From: Paragordius varius
Lineage: Eukaryota > Animalia > Nematomorpha
Length of the DNA stretch: 64,000 nucleotides
Reading direction: 5' to 3'
Assembly (NCBI GenBank): GCA_964247055.1
Contig: OZ176050.1
Span: 6,324,001 to 6,388,000 of the forward strand
The translations under genes were made by a program, and so were the position numbers. The notes under the pieces are model-generated. The model did no database searches. It was not told the DNA's origin and saw only the letters and a program-made list of their open reading frames with translations. Shown here one piece after another: positions 45,151 through 56,532 of this stretch. Numbering within the stretch: position 1 is the stretch's first letter; every line of letters starts with the position of its first letter.

Positions 45151-45867
45151 TATTCAAACAAGTACATTTATATTTTATCATAAAAAATAATCTTACCATT
45201 AATTTCTATAACGATATATTTTAGCGATTTTCTAAATTTTTAATTATACTAAAATAAAGGTCATATGATTAAATAAATATATTAAAATAATTAATTAAAT
45301 TTGTTAATTAACCTTGAGTCTAAAATTTTACCCAACGATCGATTAAAATAAACATCTGATTTTAATATTTATCAATATCAAGTTTTTGTTAATTATTTGG
45401 ATTTTCCAATCATAATCTACATTTATTTGCCTATTGTGTTGACTGCACAAAAAATTTAAAAAAGCGGCGAAAGTTTGAGACGTTGTATTAACAATCATTT
45501 AAAAAAAATTGGGGCCCTAAAAAGCTAAGATAATATTTTTAAATTTGGCATATCTTAAATACTTTTAATATTCAGGGTTTAAATCGCTTTGGGATATTAA
45601 ACTAAAAGAAAATAAAAATGTATTTGACCGGAAATTTTTTTTGTCAATTATTGGTCTTTAAATATTTGTTCCAGGTGGATAAAATCTTGATCTTATTCAA
45701 CAAACAAAATTCTAAAAAAAGGCTTATATGTTATGTTTGAAATCATATTTTAGCAAAAATAAAATTTAAAAGCTTTGAAGCAATAATTACACCAAAATTT
45801 ATTTTTCATAAAAAAATCAAATTAGTGGATTTAAGACATTGCTCGCAAAAAAATAACTTGATAAAAT

Positions 45868-46978
45868 ATATATCCTCAATGTATTAGGATTATCATAACG
45901 CTTTTGGTTTTTCCCTTACGGGTGTTAAAAAGTAAATTAAACTTTTGTTGTAAGTGTTCTATAATAGAAAATGGAAAATTTGCGCTAATTTTATTTAATA
46001 TTATGGTAAAAGCTAAATGTTATTCCTAAAATATCACTAATATATAAAACTACACATAAAAAGCAAAACAATATTTTTAAAAAAATTTGAATTTTTGATG
46101 TGGGGAAGTCCTAAATTTTTTTTCTTTAAAATAGGCCAATCCTAAACTAAAAGCAAAAATGCCGAGATTGCGCGAAAAAAATATAAATATATGCTAAATT
46201 TTGAGATCAACTAAAAATATAAAATGCATATATTTTTAAAAAAATGTTAGCAAAATTTTGTAAAGCATACTTCATACTATTGGCATGATTGAAACGAAAT
46301 AAAAAGGATTTGAGACATTACAAAAACACTTTTTTATATAAAATTATGCTAAACATCTCTGTTGCCTCAGAATTCCGATAAAAACATTCGTTCATCTTCA
46401 AGATTATGTTAAATAAGTATTTTGGTCTTTTACCAAAATTTTAATAATTTATTTTAGCAATAACCTTTAAATTGAAGATCTGAAGCGATAGAAATGTTCA
46501 GGATGAATTATATAAAAAAGTGTTTTTAGATAAATTAAATGCTTTTATATTGTTACAATAATGTCTAATAGTAAGAAGTACGCTTCAAAGATTTGCTAAA
46601 AATTAGATTTTAAAGTATCCATTATTTTAATATATTTTCATTGATATCCAAATATAACATATGTATCTAAAATTTTGGTCGCCCTATTTCGGCATTTCTG
46701 CGTTTATTCTAAAAGAACTAGCCCATAAAATTTGGACTTTCCTCACATCTAAAAATTTAAAGTTTTAAAAAATATTTTTGTTTGTTTTGGAGTTTAGATA
46801 TATTTTAGTGATATTATTTGGAATGAAGCAACTTTTGCCAAAAAATATAAAATGTGAGCAAATTTTGCCATTTTCTGACATGGAACATTTACCACAAAAG
46901 TAAATACTTTTTAAATCATTCGTAAGGGACAAAACCAATAGCATCATGATAATCCTGATATTTTCTTATAAGATATAT
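45868..46978. mobile_element. Old, almost wholly palindromic foldback element (~500-bp degenerate arms, ~100-bp loop)
   Basis: Collinear inverted matches, e.g. GGATTATCAT..TCCCTTACG vs CGTAAGGGAC..ATGATAATCC, AGAAAATGG(C)AAAATTTGC, AATATCACTAA, GATGTGGGGAAGTCC vs GGACTTTCCTCACATC, and AAAAACACTTTTTTATATA. Confidence 0.75.
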
Positions 46979-47515
46979 ACATCATCCGTTATTTCTTTAT
47001 CATCCTCAATTTTGGACGCAATGTAAAATATAAATAGGCCACTATGGCCTATAAGGGTCATCTAATATGTTTGGTAAAAAATAGAATAACAAAATCTCTC
47101 AAAGCTATTGAATTTTTTATTAAACTAAATGTCATAACCATATTATGATTATAGTTTGATCAAAAATAGATGTATTAAATTATTTTCATCTATTTCCCTA
47201 ATTTCAAATTTGTATTAAATTTGAGTTATCCAAATTTCTTTTGTAGAAGCAACATATTAAAGCTTAATGTATGATCTAGCCCATTCTCAATTTTATATTA
47301 CATATTAACCCAGGGTGACCATAACACTTCAAAAAAAATTAAAATGTTAGCGGTAGTACTCACCAATTTTGAGGGGCCAAAAAAATATTTTTCTTGACTC
47401 AAAGGCCGTGGATACTATAATACCGAAAAATAATGGCTGTTTGACAGATAGCAAATATTTTTACTCCAAAAAGGTTTTAAAAATTAAAATGAGTATGGTT
47501 ATAAAGCAGTTCTAA

Positions 47516-48083
47516 CACTTAGATTCAATTTGGGGTATCTAAATACCCCAGAACAATTTAAGTTGGGATTTAAACTACTGAAGGAAACGGTCCTAATTTA
47601 AATTTATGCTTCAATCCAAATATAAATTATATAAATATGCTGAATAAATAAAATTTTGTTTTGAAAAAAAAGTTCCTAGTCAAACTACTTCGACGCCATT
47701 TTATATTACATTTTTGCAAAATGTCGTCTTCATTTAATTTTTAGGGTGAAATAAAGCTAATTTTTTATTTAAACCACATCAAACATTGATAGATAGAAAC
47801 AGAAAAAGCGGTTTATATTGTATTATTTCTCAATTTTATCATTGCACACATGTCACATTGACTAAATTTTTGCCTTTCAGTTTTAGCTTAAAATAAATAA
47901 TATCAAGTATTTTTAAAAATTTTTTTTATATATTTCGGTTTATTAATGTTATATAAGTGCAAAATTTTGCATGGTTTTGTATTCCTTCCATATTTTTAAA
48001 ATTTTTTATTTTAAACAGATCTGGGGTGTCCAATTACCCCAATTTGAATCGAAGGACTAAAATGAATGTGTTGTATCCAAGTG
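47516..48083 (+). mobile_element. piggyBac-type MITE copy
   Basis: CACTTAGATTCAATTTGGGGTATCTAAATACCCCAG ... CTGGGGTGTCCAATTACCCCAATTTGAATCG..ATCCAAGTG. Homologous to the other copies; the TTAA TSD is not preserved on the right. Confidence 0.75.
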
Positions 48084-48492
48084 AAGCTGCTTGTGGCCTG
48101 TGGGCGGCGGTTTTAGCACGATAGAGTGCTAAGGACTCAAATTTAAAATTTGATGCTGACAAAAAGTAAAATCTGATTTTAGCGAAAAGTTAAGAATGCT
48201 AAATGATTATATAATTGAGGTTTTATATGTTTTTTTGAATAAATGAGTTTGGACGAAAATATAAAAAAACAAAAAAAGCAGTTAAATCATATAATATATT
48301 GTCAAAACAGTATACAATTAAATAAACAATTTTTTTGACAATACATTTGTATAGTCGCTAATTATTTCATAAAATCATGTAAAATGGAATAATTTTTTAT
48401 TTATTTTATTGAATATTTTATTTTATCTTTTCACTTGATATTTATCAACTGTAAATTTTATTGGAATCGGTTTTTAAAATACTTGCACCTGT

Positions 48493-51400
48493 ATGGAATT
48501 TCAAAGTTTTCCAAATATTCAAACCATTAATGATTATATTAACCTTAACAAAAATAAAATTACTGTAATATTGTTTTCTGCTGACTGGTGTCCACAAGCT
48601 AAAGAAATCGAAACCTCCATAAAAAGTTTAATTGATGATGCCGATTACAAACAAATGTGTTTTATTAAAGTAAATGATGATTTTATTGAATTTTTTGAAA
48701 AACACCAGGTCGAAATTGTACCGACTGTTGTATTTTATCGTGATAATGAAGTTTTAGACAAGGTAGTAGGTTACAATGTAAAAGAAATTATTGAAAAACT
48801 AAAATTTTGGTCTCAACATATTCCAAAACCTGACGATATCACATTTTCTGTTCCATTTAACAATAAAAACATTAATGATAAACTGCAAAAGTTAATTAAT
48901 CAAGCACCATTTATGCTTTTTATGAAAGGCACAGTGTCTAATCCACAATGCGGTTTCAGCAAACGAATAGTTGATATATTGATACAAAATAAAATAAAGT
49001 TTGAAACCTTTGACATTCTTACAGATCAAGACATACGAGAGGGTTTAAAAAAATATTCAAATTGGCCAACATATCCACAATTTTATGCGAATGGAGAATT
49101 AATTGGAGGTGTTGACATTATTACTGAACTTGATAAATCCGGCGAGTTAAAATCGTTGGTGGCGGAAAACATAAAAGTACCAGAAATAATTCCTGAATCT
49201 AAAATTTCTACCTTGAATGTCGACGACGCTATTCACCTAAATGAGCGCATAGATAAACTTATTCGCCGAGCGCCTGTTATGGTTTTCATGAAGGGTAATC
49301 GACAAAATCCTGTTTGCAAATTTAGTAAAGCGCTTATTCCTTTGTTAAATCAAACGGGTGTATCTTACCAAACTTTCGATATTTTAGATGATGAAGAGGT
49401 TGTTTTCATATTTGTAAATCAGTATATTAATTATATTATATATTATTTGACCGGCCAAGATAAAGGGTCCGACTGGTCATAACCTGTCTGTAATTACCAG
49501 ATTTAAGAATATTTATTTCTAAATTAACGAATACAAATTGCTTTCAATATCGTAATTCTCAGAAACAAATAATTAGTAAATGGATTTATAAATTAAACAT
49601 TTATTGATTAAAATTTGACTTTTACACGTGCATAGTAGGTAAAATTTATATATTTTTTTACACCACTTTGCTGCACATATCCTAACAAAATTTATTTAAA
49701 AATATCTAAAAAGGCGCGATTAACCCTACAGTACCCACTTTATTTTTGGCCAAAACAAATATTTTTTATAATTAAATAGACAGATTTAATGTTGTAAGAT
49801 GGGAAAATGTTGTTTAATTTTAATCATTCGTTGCTTTTGACCCATACGTTACTATGTGAAATAGGCAAAAATAATGTAATTTGGCCATCAATATTGATAA
49901 TTTTTTTCGAGCTATTAACACGTCTTTTGCCATATCCAAAAACCATCTGTTCCATTTTTTAACGAATTTTTAATATAAATTTATCCTTAATTTTGCTTTT
50001 ACAAAATCAAAAAGTTGTGATTATTGATCCAAAAATATTTTTTTATGACAATTAACCCAAATCTTTTATTTTTTTTCAAATCAACATAATTAGGGTCTTA
50101 TGTTTTTCATAAAAATTTTGTATAAATCCAATCAAGCCTTTAACGCTATCCTTACAGATAAATGAATATGTGATACTCAATTTAATTTAAAAAAATCAAA
50201 ATGATAATAACACTGCTCAACAAGGTTTTGCACCACCCCAATATTTTTGCATTTTCTGATACCTAATGGCATGGAAAGGCCAAAACAAAAAAGAAAATTG
50301 AGGCCACCAATAGGATTTTTCCAAAATTTAATTTTTAAATTTGTATTTAATTCAAAAATAACAATCATTCCTCGTGTACATATGTTTAAATATTCAAACA
50401 AGCAAGTCGATACAAGTAATATTATATGCATGGATAACAAATTCTAGGCATTAAATAAGATACTAAACAAGCTAAGAGACAAAGTATTAAAAATCTAAAA
50501 GGGGCTTATGTATAGTGTGATAGATATGGGCGGCTGCACAAGCTCTGCATATCCCCCAAGCGATCCTATAATTATGCCAGATATGGCAAAGATAACAATA
50601 AGTAATCGTAAAGTCCGATTAGAGAGACTTGCAAGCAAAATCGTGGCAAATTGACATGTCAAATTAACCAATTTACAGAATAAAGTTAGATAAATTCTAC
50701 AATTAAATTGAATATAAATTAGGTAAATACAAATGGTCCAACCCCATAACAGTAAATTCTACTAAAAGTGGCTACACAACATCTATCTGAAATTCAAAAT
50801 ACAAAACAACCAATAATTTTAAAAAAATAAGGTATATCCACTAGGTATAATAAAGGATTTTTTATAAGAACCAACTCAAGAGAAAAAGTCTAATAAATAC
50901 TCGAAAGAACGAAATCTAACAAAAAAATATAACCTATTTGAAAGCCGAAGGTTTAAACCATAGAATGCCTTTTTTAGTATTTTTTTAAAAACATTTTATA
51001 TGTGTTAAAAATTTACAAAAAAAAAGACTAAATTTTGACGTTTATGTCCGTACTATTTTTCTCTCTCTGATATTTAAATGATATATTTATATTCAAAAGA
51101 TAGAGTTTAAAACGCTTTATTAAATGATATTAAGTTTATAATATAATAACATTTTATTATAAAGTATATTTAATTTTCTCTCGATTTTTTCTTGTTTTTG
51201 AAAAATTGAAAAACCTATATAATTTCAAAATTCTGATTGGCGGGATCAAAATTTTTTTCAAATTTGGTTTTAAAACACTGAAATTAGTCATAATTTAAAA
51301 AGTTTGAGTGGTGGTGCTTAAAAATGTCCAAATTTGTCGACTAGTGTAATTCATATTCTCTACGACTAGAAAATTCGAGTTTTTAACACAATAACCATAA

Positions 51401-51618
51401 AATTTGTCGTTTTAACTGATAAAAGTATTGTATATTGTAATTATTACATATTTTATCATTGTTTAATTCAGATACGACAAGGTCTGAAAACGTATTCTGA
51501 TTGGCCTACCTTCCCTCAAATTTACGTAAATGGCCATTTTATAGGAGGATTAGATATCGTAAAAGAACTCAACGAATCCAATCAACTGACAGAAACATTG
51601 TTAGGAAAAATATCATAA
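48493..51618 (+). CDS. GLRX3: Glutaredoxin-3 (PICOT): Trx domain plus two monothiol Grx domains; exons 48493-49398 and 51472-51618 (350 aa)
   Basis: [10 protein letters not shown] (Trx-like), [46 protein letters not shown], and a second [23 protein letters not shown]|[30 protein letters not shown]. The intron is a phase-0 GT-AG intron. Confidence 0.95.
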
Positions 51619-51810
51619 TTTAATTATGTATAAAATATGTAATAAATTTATTATTGCTTTTTGATAACTCTTTGTTTGCACATTTGGCGTAAGAATCTGT
51701 CTTCCTTGATCCATAAGTTCATCAAATTATATAAAAATAAAAAAGTATAACATAATTATTTATGTTAGTTTTCTTAAATTTAAAGCTATATTCCCTAAGA
51801 AATTTTTATA

Positions 51811-52921
51811 TACCATTTGCCTTTAACACTTGGATACAACACACTCATTTTAGTCCGATTCAAATTGGGGTAGTTGGATACCCCAAGCCTGTTTAAATTA
51901 AAATTCTTTAAAAAATATAGAAGGAATCGAAACCATGGCAAAATTTTGCACTTATCTAACATTAATAAACCGAAATATATAAAAAAATTTATTCAAAAAT
52001 ATTTGATATTACTTTTTTTAAGCTAAAACCGAAAGGTAAAAATTTCGTCAACGTGACATATGTCAAATTGTAAAATTGAAAAATAATACGAAATAAACCG
52101 CTTTTTCTATTTCTATCAATGTTAGATGTAATTTATATAAAAAATTAGCTTTGATTTTACCCTTAAAATTAAATAAAGCGATATTTTGCAAAAATTTTGT
52201 AAAATAAAAATGGCGTCGAAGTAGTTTGAGATGGAGCTTTATTTTCACAACAAAATTTTATCAAGATATTTTGGCATATTTATATAACATTTATCAGGAT
52301 AGAAGCATAAATTTAAATTGGGACCGTTTCCTTCAGTAGTTTTTTAAAAATATTAATTTTAATTTAGTCTGGGGTATTTAGATACCCCAATTTGAATCGA
52401 AGTGTTAAGAGTGTCCTTAAAATCTTCAAGTTGGTCTTTGAACATTTAAAAGTGGTCCATTAACCTTTTAAGTTTGTTAACCATAAATTTTGCATTTATT
52501 ATTTTTTTATCATTTCCTGACTTATTTTTGTTAATTTATTATATGTTTATTCATTTAAAATTAATATTTTTTATTTAAATACCATTTTTTTGTTTCAAAC
52601 TATTTTTATTCAATTTAACTATGATTTAATTATAGATTTTAACATTGTAATTAATAACCGTGAAAACCCATATTTTTATCAATTAGCTGTTGAAATCTTA
52701 TTAAAATTAATATTTTTATTAAAAAAAATATACGGTTTCTGAATGACCAAAGGTTGATTTTGATTTAAAAGTTGGGTTGAATCATGAGAATAGGTTACAA
52801 TCAAATATATTAATACACGGTTTGATTGATAAAAGTCAGAAACAATTTAAAAAAATTAAAAGACTATAATGTTTTCAAGGACCAACTTGAAGTGTAGGAC
52901 ACTCTTGAAGTACAAATGGTA
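51811..52921. mobile_element. MITE family B (TA TSD, TACCATTTG termini, 21-bp subterminal repeats), interrupted by a piggyBac-type MITE
   Basis: TA|TACCATTTGCCTTTAA[insert]GAGTGTCC...GGACACTCTTGAAGTACAAATGGTA|TA. A duplicate of its distal part lies at 58611-59132. Confidence 0.85.
51827..52404 (-). mobile_element. piggyBac-type MITE, 578 bp, intact TTAA TSD
   Basis: TTAA|CACTTGGAT ... ATCGAAGTG|TTAA, with asymmetric subterminal inverted repeats containing GGGGTA-N6-TACCCC hairpins. A partial duplicate lies at 58514-58610. Confidence 0.85.
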
Positions 52922-54146
52922 TAATTAATATATATTTTCATCAGTCATAGTGACCATAAAAATTTTAAGGACCAAAAAATATTTTTCTTGTTTCAAGGGC
53001 CGTGCACCATATAATAGTGATAAATAATTTTAGCTGTATTACACAGTAAGTTATTTATAGCCCAAACATTACAATTAAAAATTAATTAAATATTTTAGGG
53101 CCATAAAAAATAACCTTTAGGGCTGCATGCGCTCAATAGACTGCGGTTAGAGCACCACTGCTATATATCATTGATGCCAATAATTAAGTTTATTTGATAG
53201 GATGATTATCCCTATAAAAGATGGTAGAAAATGGTTGCAAGAGGTTTTCTTGTATACACTCAGTCAAAACAATTAGTGACTGGATTGAAAAGGGCGTAGG
53301 CTAGATTATTTTAATTATTTTTTTTGTATTTTAAGTCGAAATAATTCACCCAACTAATCAATATTTTGCAAAAGTATTATAAATTATTTGAAATAAATTA
53401 GGACTTAACTATTTATAATTAAAAATTATAATCTAAAAGGATTGGTTACTTACGCATTGTTCCAATAATAATAATTCAATAAAATTTATTAATTAAGATG
53501 TCCAACTTAAATTTAATAACAAATTGCTCAAAATATATTCTTACTATAATGCCAAAATTTTTTATACGAATTATACCTTGGTAAAAGGCATCGATCATAA
53601 AATATATTTTTATATAAAATATTAAGAAATCATTTAAATATGGATCACATCTTTTTTGAATTTACCACCCAAAAGCATTAAAATTAATTTAATTTTTGAT
53701 TACATCCACAAGGAAAAACGTCTAATATATAGTTGAGTTTATAACTAGAAATTTTAATTATAAAAGATTTTGATGTAAAAATTGGTTAAATTTTAAAAAC
53801 TGATTTTAACATATGTTACCATTTACAGTTTGATTTAAATTTTAAAATAGAGCATGTGGCTATCCTTAAATGTACCTTGCCTTGCGCAAGTTATAATTTT
53901 TATCTTGATGCAAACAACATTGTCACTTAGGCCACAAGAAAATGAAAAACGAGACATTAAAACCATTAACGGCCTATGGAAATTTTCTATATCCCCGAAT
54001 ATGTCCATTGATAAATGGATAAGTCATGAGACATATATTCCTGTTCCTGCTAGTTATAATGATTTATTTTATGATTCTACTATACGAGATCTTATTGGTG
54101 TAACTTGGTATCAAAAAGACTTTAAAATTACGTCATCATGGAAATC

Positions 54147-54171
54147 GTAAAATTTTAAATATATTATCTAG
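54147..54171 (+). other. Ultrashort 25-nt intron in GUSB copy 1 (equivalent at 60364-60388 in copy 2)
   Basis: TC|GTAAAATTTTAAATATATTATCTAG|A. It contains the in-frame TAA, and removal restores WKS-NLENYKFIINFASVHY. Confidence 0.8.
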
Positions 54172-56497
54172 AAATTTAGAAAATTATAAATTTATAATTA
54201 ATTTTGCCAGTGTCCATTATTTTTCACAAGTTTGGTTAAATAAACAATATTTAGGATCACATGAAGGTGGTCATTTGCCGTTTGAATTTGATGTTACATC
54301 TATTTTAAATACTAAAGGTAATTTTATTTATATTATAACCCCATTTTTGTAACTATGGTCAATTAATTTTATCCGCTTACATATTATGATTCCGATTTTA
54401 ATATCTTTTTTATTATTATAGATATCGATAAAATATACTTATGATTAAGGTTAATGACCGGTTTGACCTTTTATAAATAACCAATCCAATTATTTGAAAA
54501 CATGATTTTTACCAGTTATAATACATGTATAAATCTGTGTAATAAAAATGTAAAATTTTGGCTTTAAGTGAAATTTCTTGTACGCGGTTCATAATTAATT
54601 AGAATCAAAACTCATTCATGCCCAGAGCGTTTCAGAGCCCTTTTCAAATTGCTCGCAGAATTAAGCGCTACTCATTACAAAAGCATATCGTATGAGATAG
54701 TTTTTAGATAATGTATGGGCCCATTTTCATTTAATAATGGTAATAGGCATTTACGAATGTCAAGATTATACCTTTTTGAATAAGTCTTGGTTATCCTAAA
54801 ATCTATTACCTGCTCCCCTAATACTACGATTTTTGTCTAAGGCAGCCATCACCAAAAAATGACGGTCCACATAAAAATATATTGTGCCGTTTCACATATC
54901 AATATAAAATTTAAACCTTAAGCTTGTTTCGACTATAAAGTTTGAATGAGTTTGCAGAAGCACAAAAAGTATCTTGACTTTCATCTAATCAAACCAGACA
55001 TTTGATAAGAATTCAAAAAAGCCTATTAAAAAAACCGCCCAAAGATTTCTTTTACAATTATTATAAATTACAACTCTAAATTTGAATGATTTGTCGATCA
55101 GTTTCTTTTTTGATGCTAAACATCAGTAAATCTCATATAAACCCTTGTATCGTTTTGAAACAATTTTTAACGTATTATAGATTTGATCATGGCCGGTTTA
55201 TTTTATTTATGCATAGAATTATTTTGGCTTTTTTAATTATGGAGAGAAAACTAAGTAATTAATATCGAATTATAATACTTTTTTGCCGTTTGATTTCGGA
55301 TTACACTAGACAACAAATTTTTCTGCCACTCGAGTTTTTTGCATTTTCTGATATTTAGCATCATTCTAACAGTAAATCTGAAATAAAAATTAATACTCGA
55401 TGAAAGAATTTTGTATAATTTGATTTTTTTGATTATGCGCCCTCTTTATCAAAATTTTACTAAAAATTGTTTTTCTTTAAAAATATACTAGTAATTCCCA
55501 TTTGTAATATATGATTCGAAAGAGTATTAAAAACTCTATAAAATGCATACTAATATGTATTACATCGACAATTAATATTGAACACAAAGAGCGACAAACG
55601 CGCGAAGCGAGAGCACTTTTTTTTAATTATTATAATTTTAAAACTAATGGATGAAAATAGCTCAAACTTTATTTAGAGGGAGATGAATGTCCAAAAAAGA
55701 TAACACAAGAAAGTTTTTTTTGATTAAAACATTTTTTATTGCTTTTATGTCACTCAAAACAGCCATTTTTAAGTTTTTTGTTTTTTAAAAATTAGCATGT
55801 CATCAATATTAATAAATTTTCTTTACAAGGCTGATAATTTCGAAATTTAAAAGATAAAAACAAAGTTTAAGGTATTTTTGATATTTTATAGCCATTATGT
55901 AATAAATTTACAGTTATAACTATGCATTTTAGTATCCACGAGGTAAAATATTTATGATAATAATAATTTTTATTTAAAAAGCAAAACAAAAGCTTTTTCA
56001 AACATTTTTTTAAATTAAATACTAATATAACCCTAATAATTATATTATGATAATTTATATGATTTTCAAATTAGTTTGTCTGTGAAAATTCTTGACTTAT
56101 TTAAGGATTGAAAATTTCGACCATTTAAATCCAAATAACTTTTACATCCGGTTGATTTAAATGACTTACTACCATTTAAAAGATTCAGTTTTTTGCGCTC
56201 TTTCGAATGATATAAAATACATGGCTTCATATCTAAAACTTTAAATTTTCGAAATTTCGAGTCTAATGTTAAATCGGGGCCAAAAATTATCGATAAACTC
56301 TAATATAAAAAATTCTTCCATGCTAGACCAATTTTCTTTTCAGATATACTAATTATGTACTTTAATGAAATAAATTTTAAATTTACAAGAATGGCAGTTA
56401 AAAAAAGTTAAAATTTGTTGTCTAGTGTTATAAAGATGTAATGATTAATTTGTGGAATTTAGATTTTGATAAATATACACATTGCATAGAATTGCCT

Positions 56498-56532
56498 TGC
56501 GAGTCGCATGCGGCTGCAGTGTGTCCCGCTAG
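56498..56532 (+). mobile_element. Helitron-like 3' terminus (duplicate at 62791-62825)
   Basis: GC-rich hairpin TGCGAGTCGC-AT-GCGGCTGCA, a 10-nt spacer, then CTAG followed by T. The 5' end was not identified. Confidence 0.5.

Noticed and set aside
53140-53160. hAT-like terminus GTTAGAGCACCACTG
   Set aside because: No matching opposite TIR or TSD was found, so it was not called as an element.
54148-54150. Stop-codon reassignment or readthrough (TAA here, TGA near 1254)
   Set aside because: The downstream coding sequence is in a different frame, so readthrough cannot rescue it. TGA and TAA terminate NSUN5, Eph and GLRX3 normally, and conserved Trp residues use TGG.
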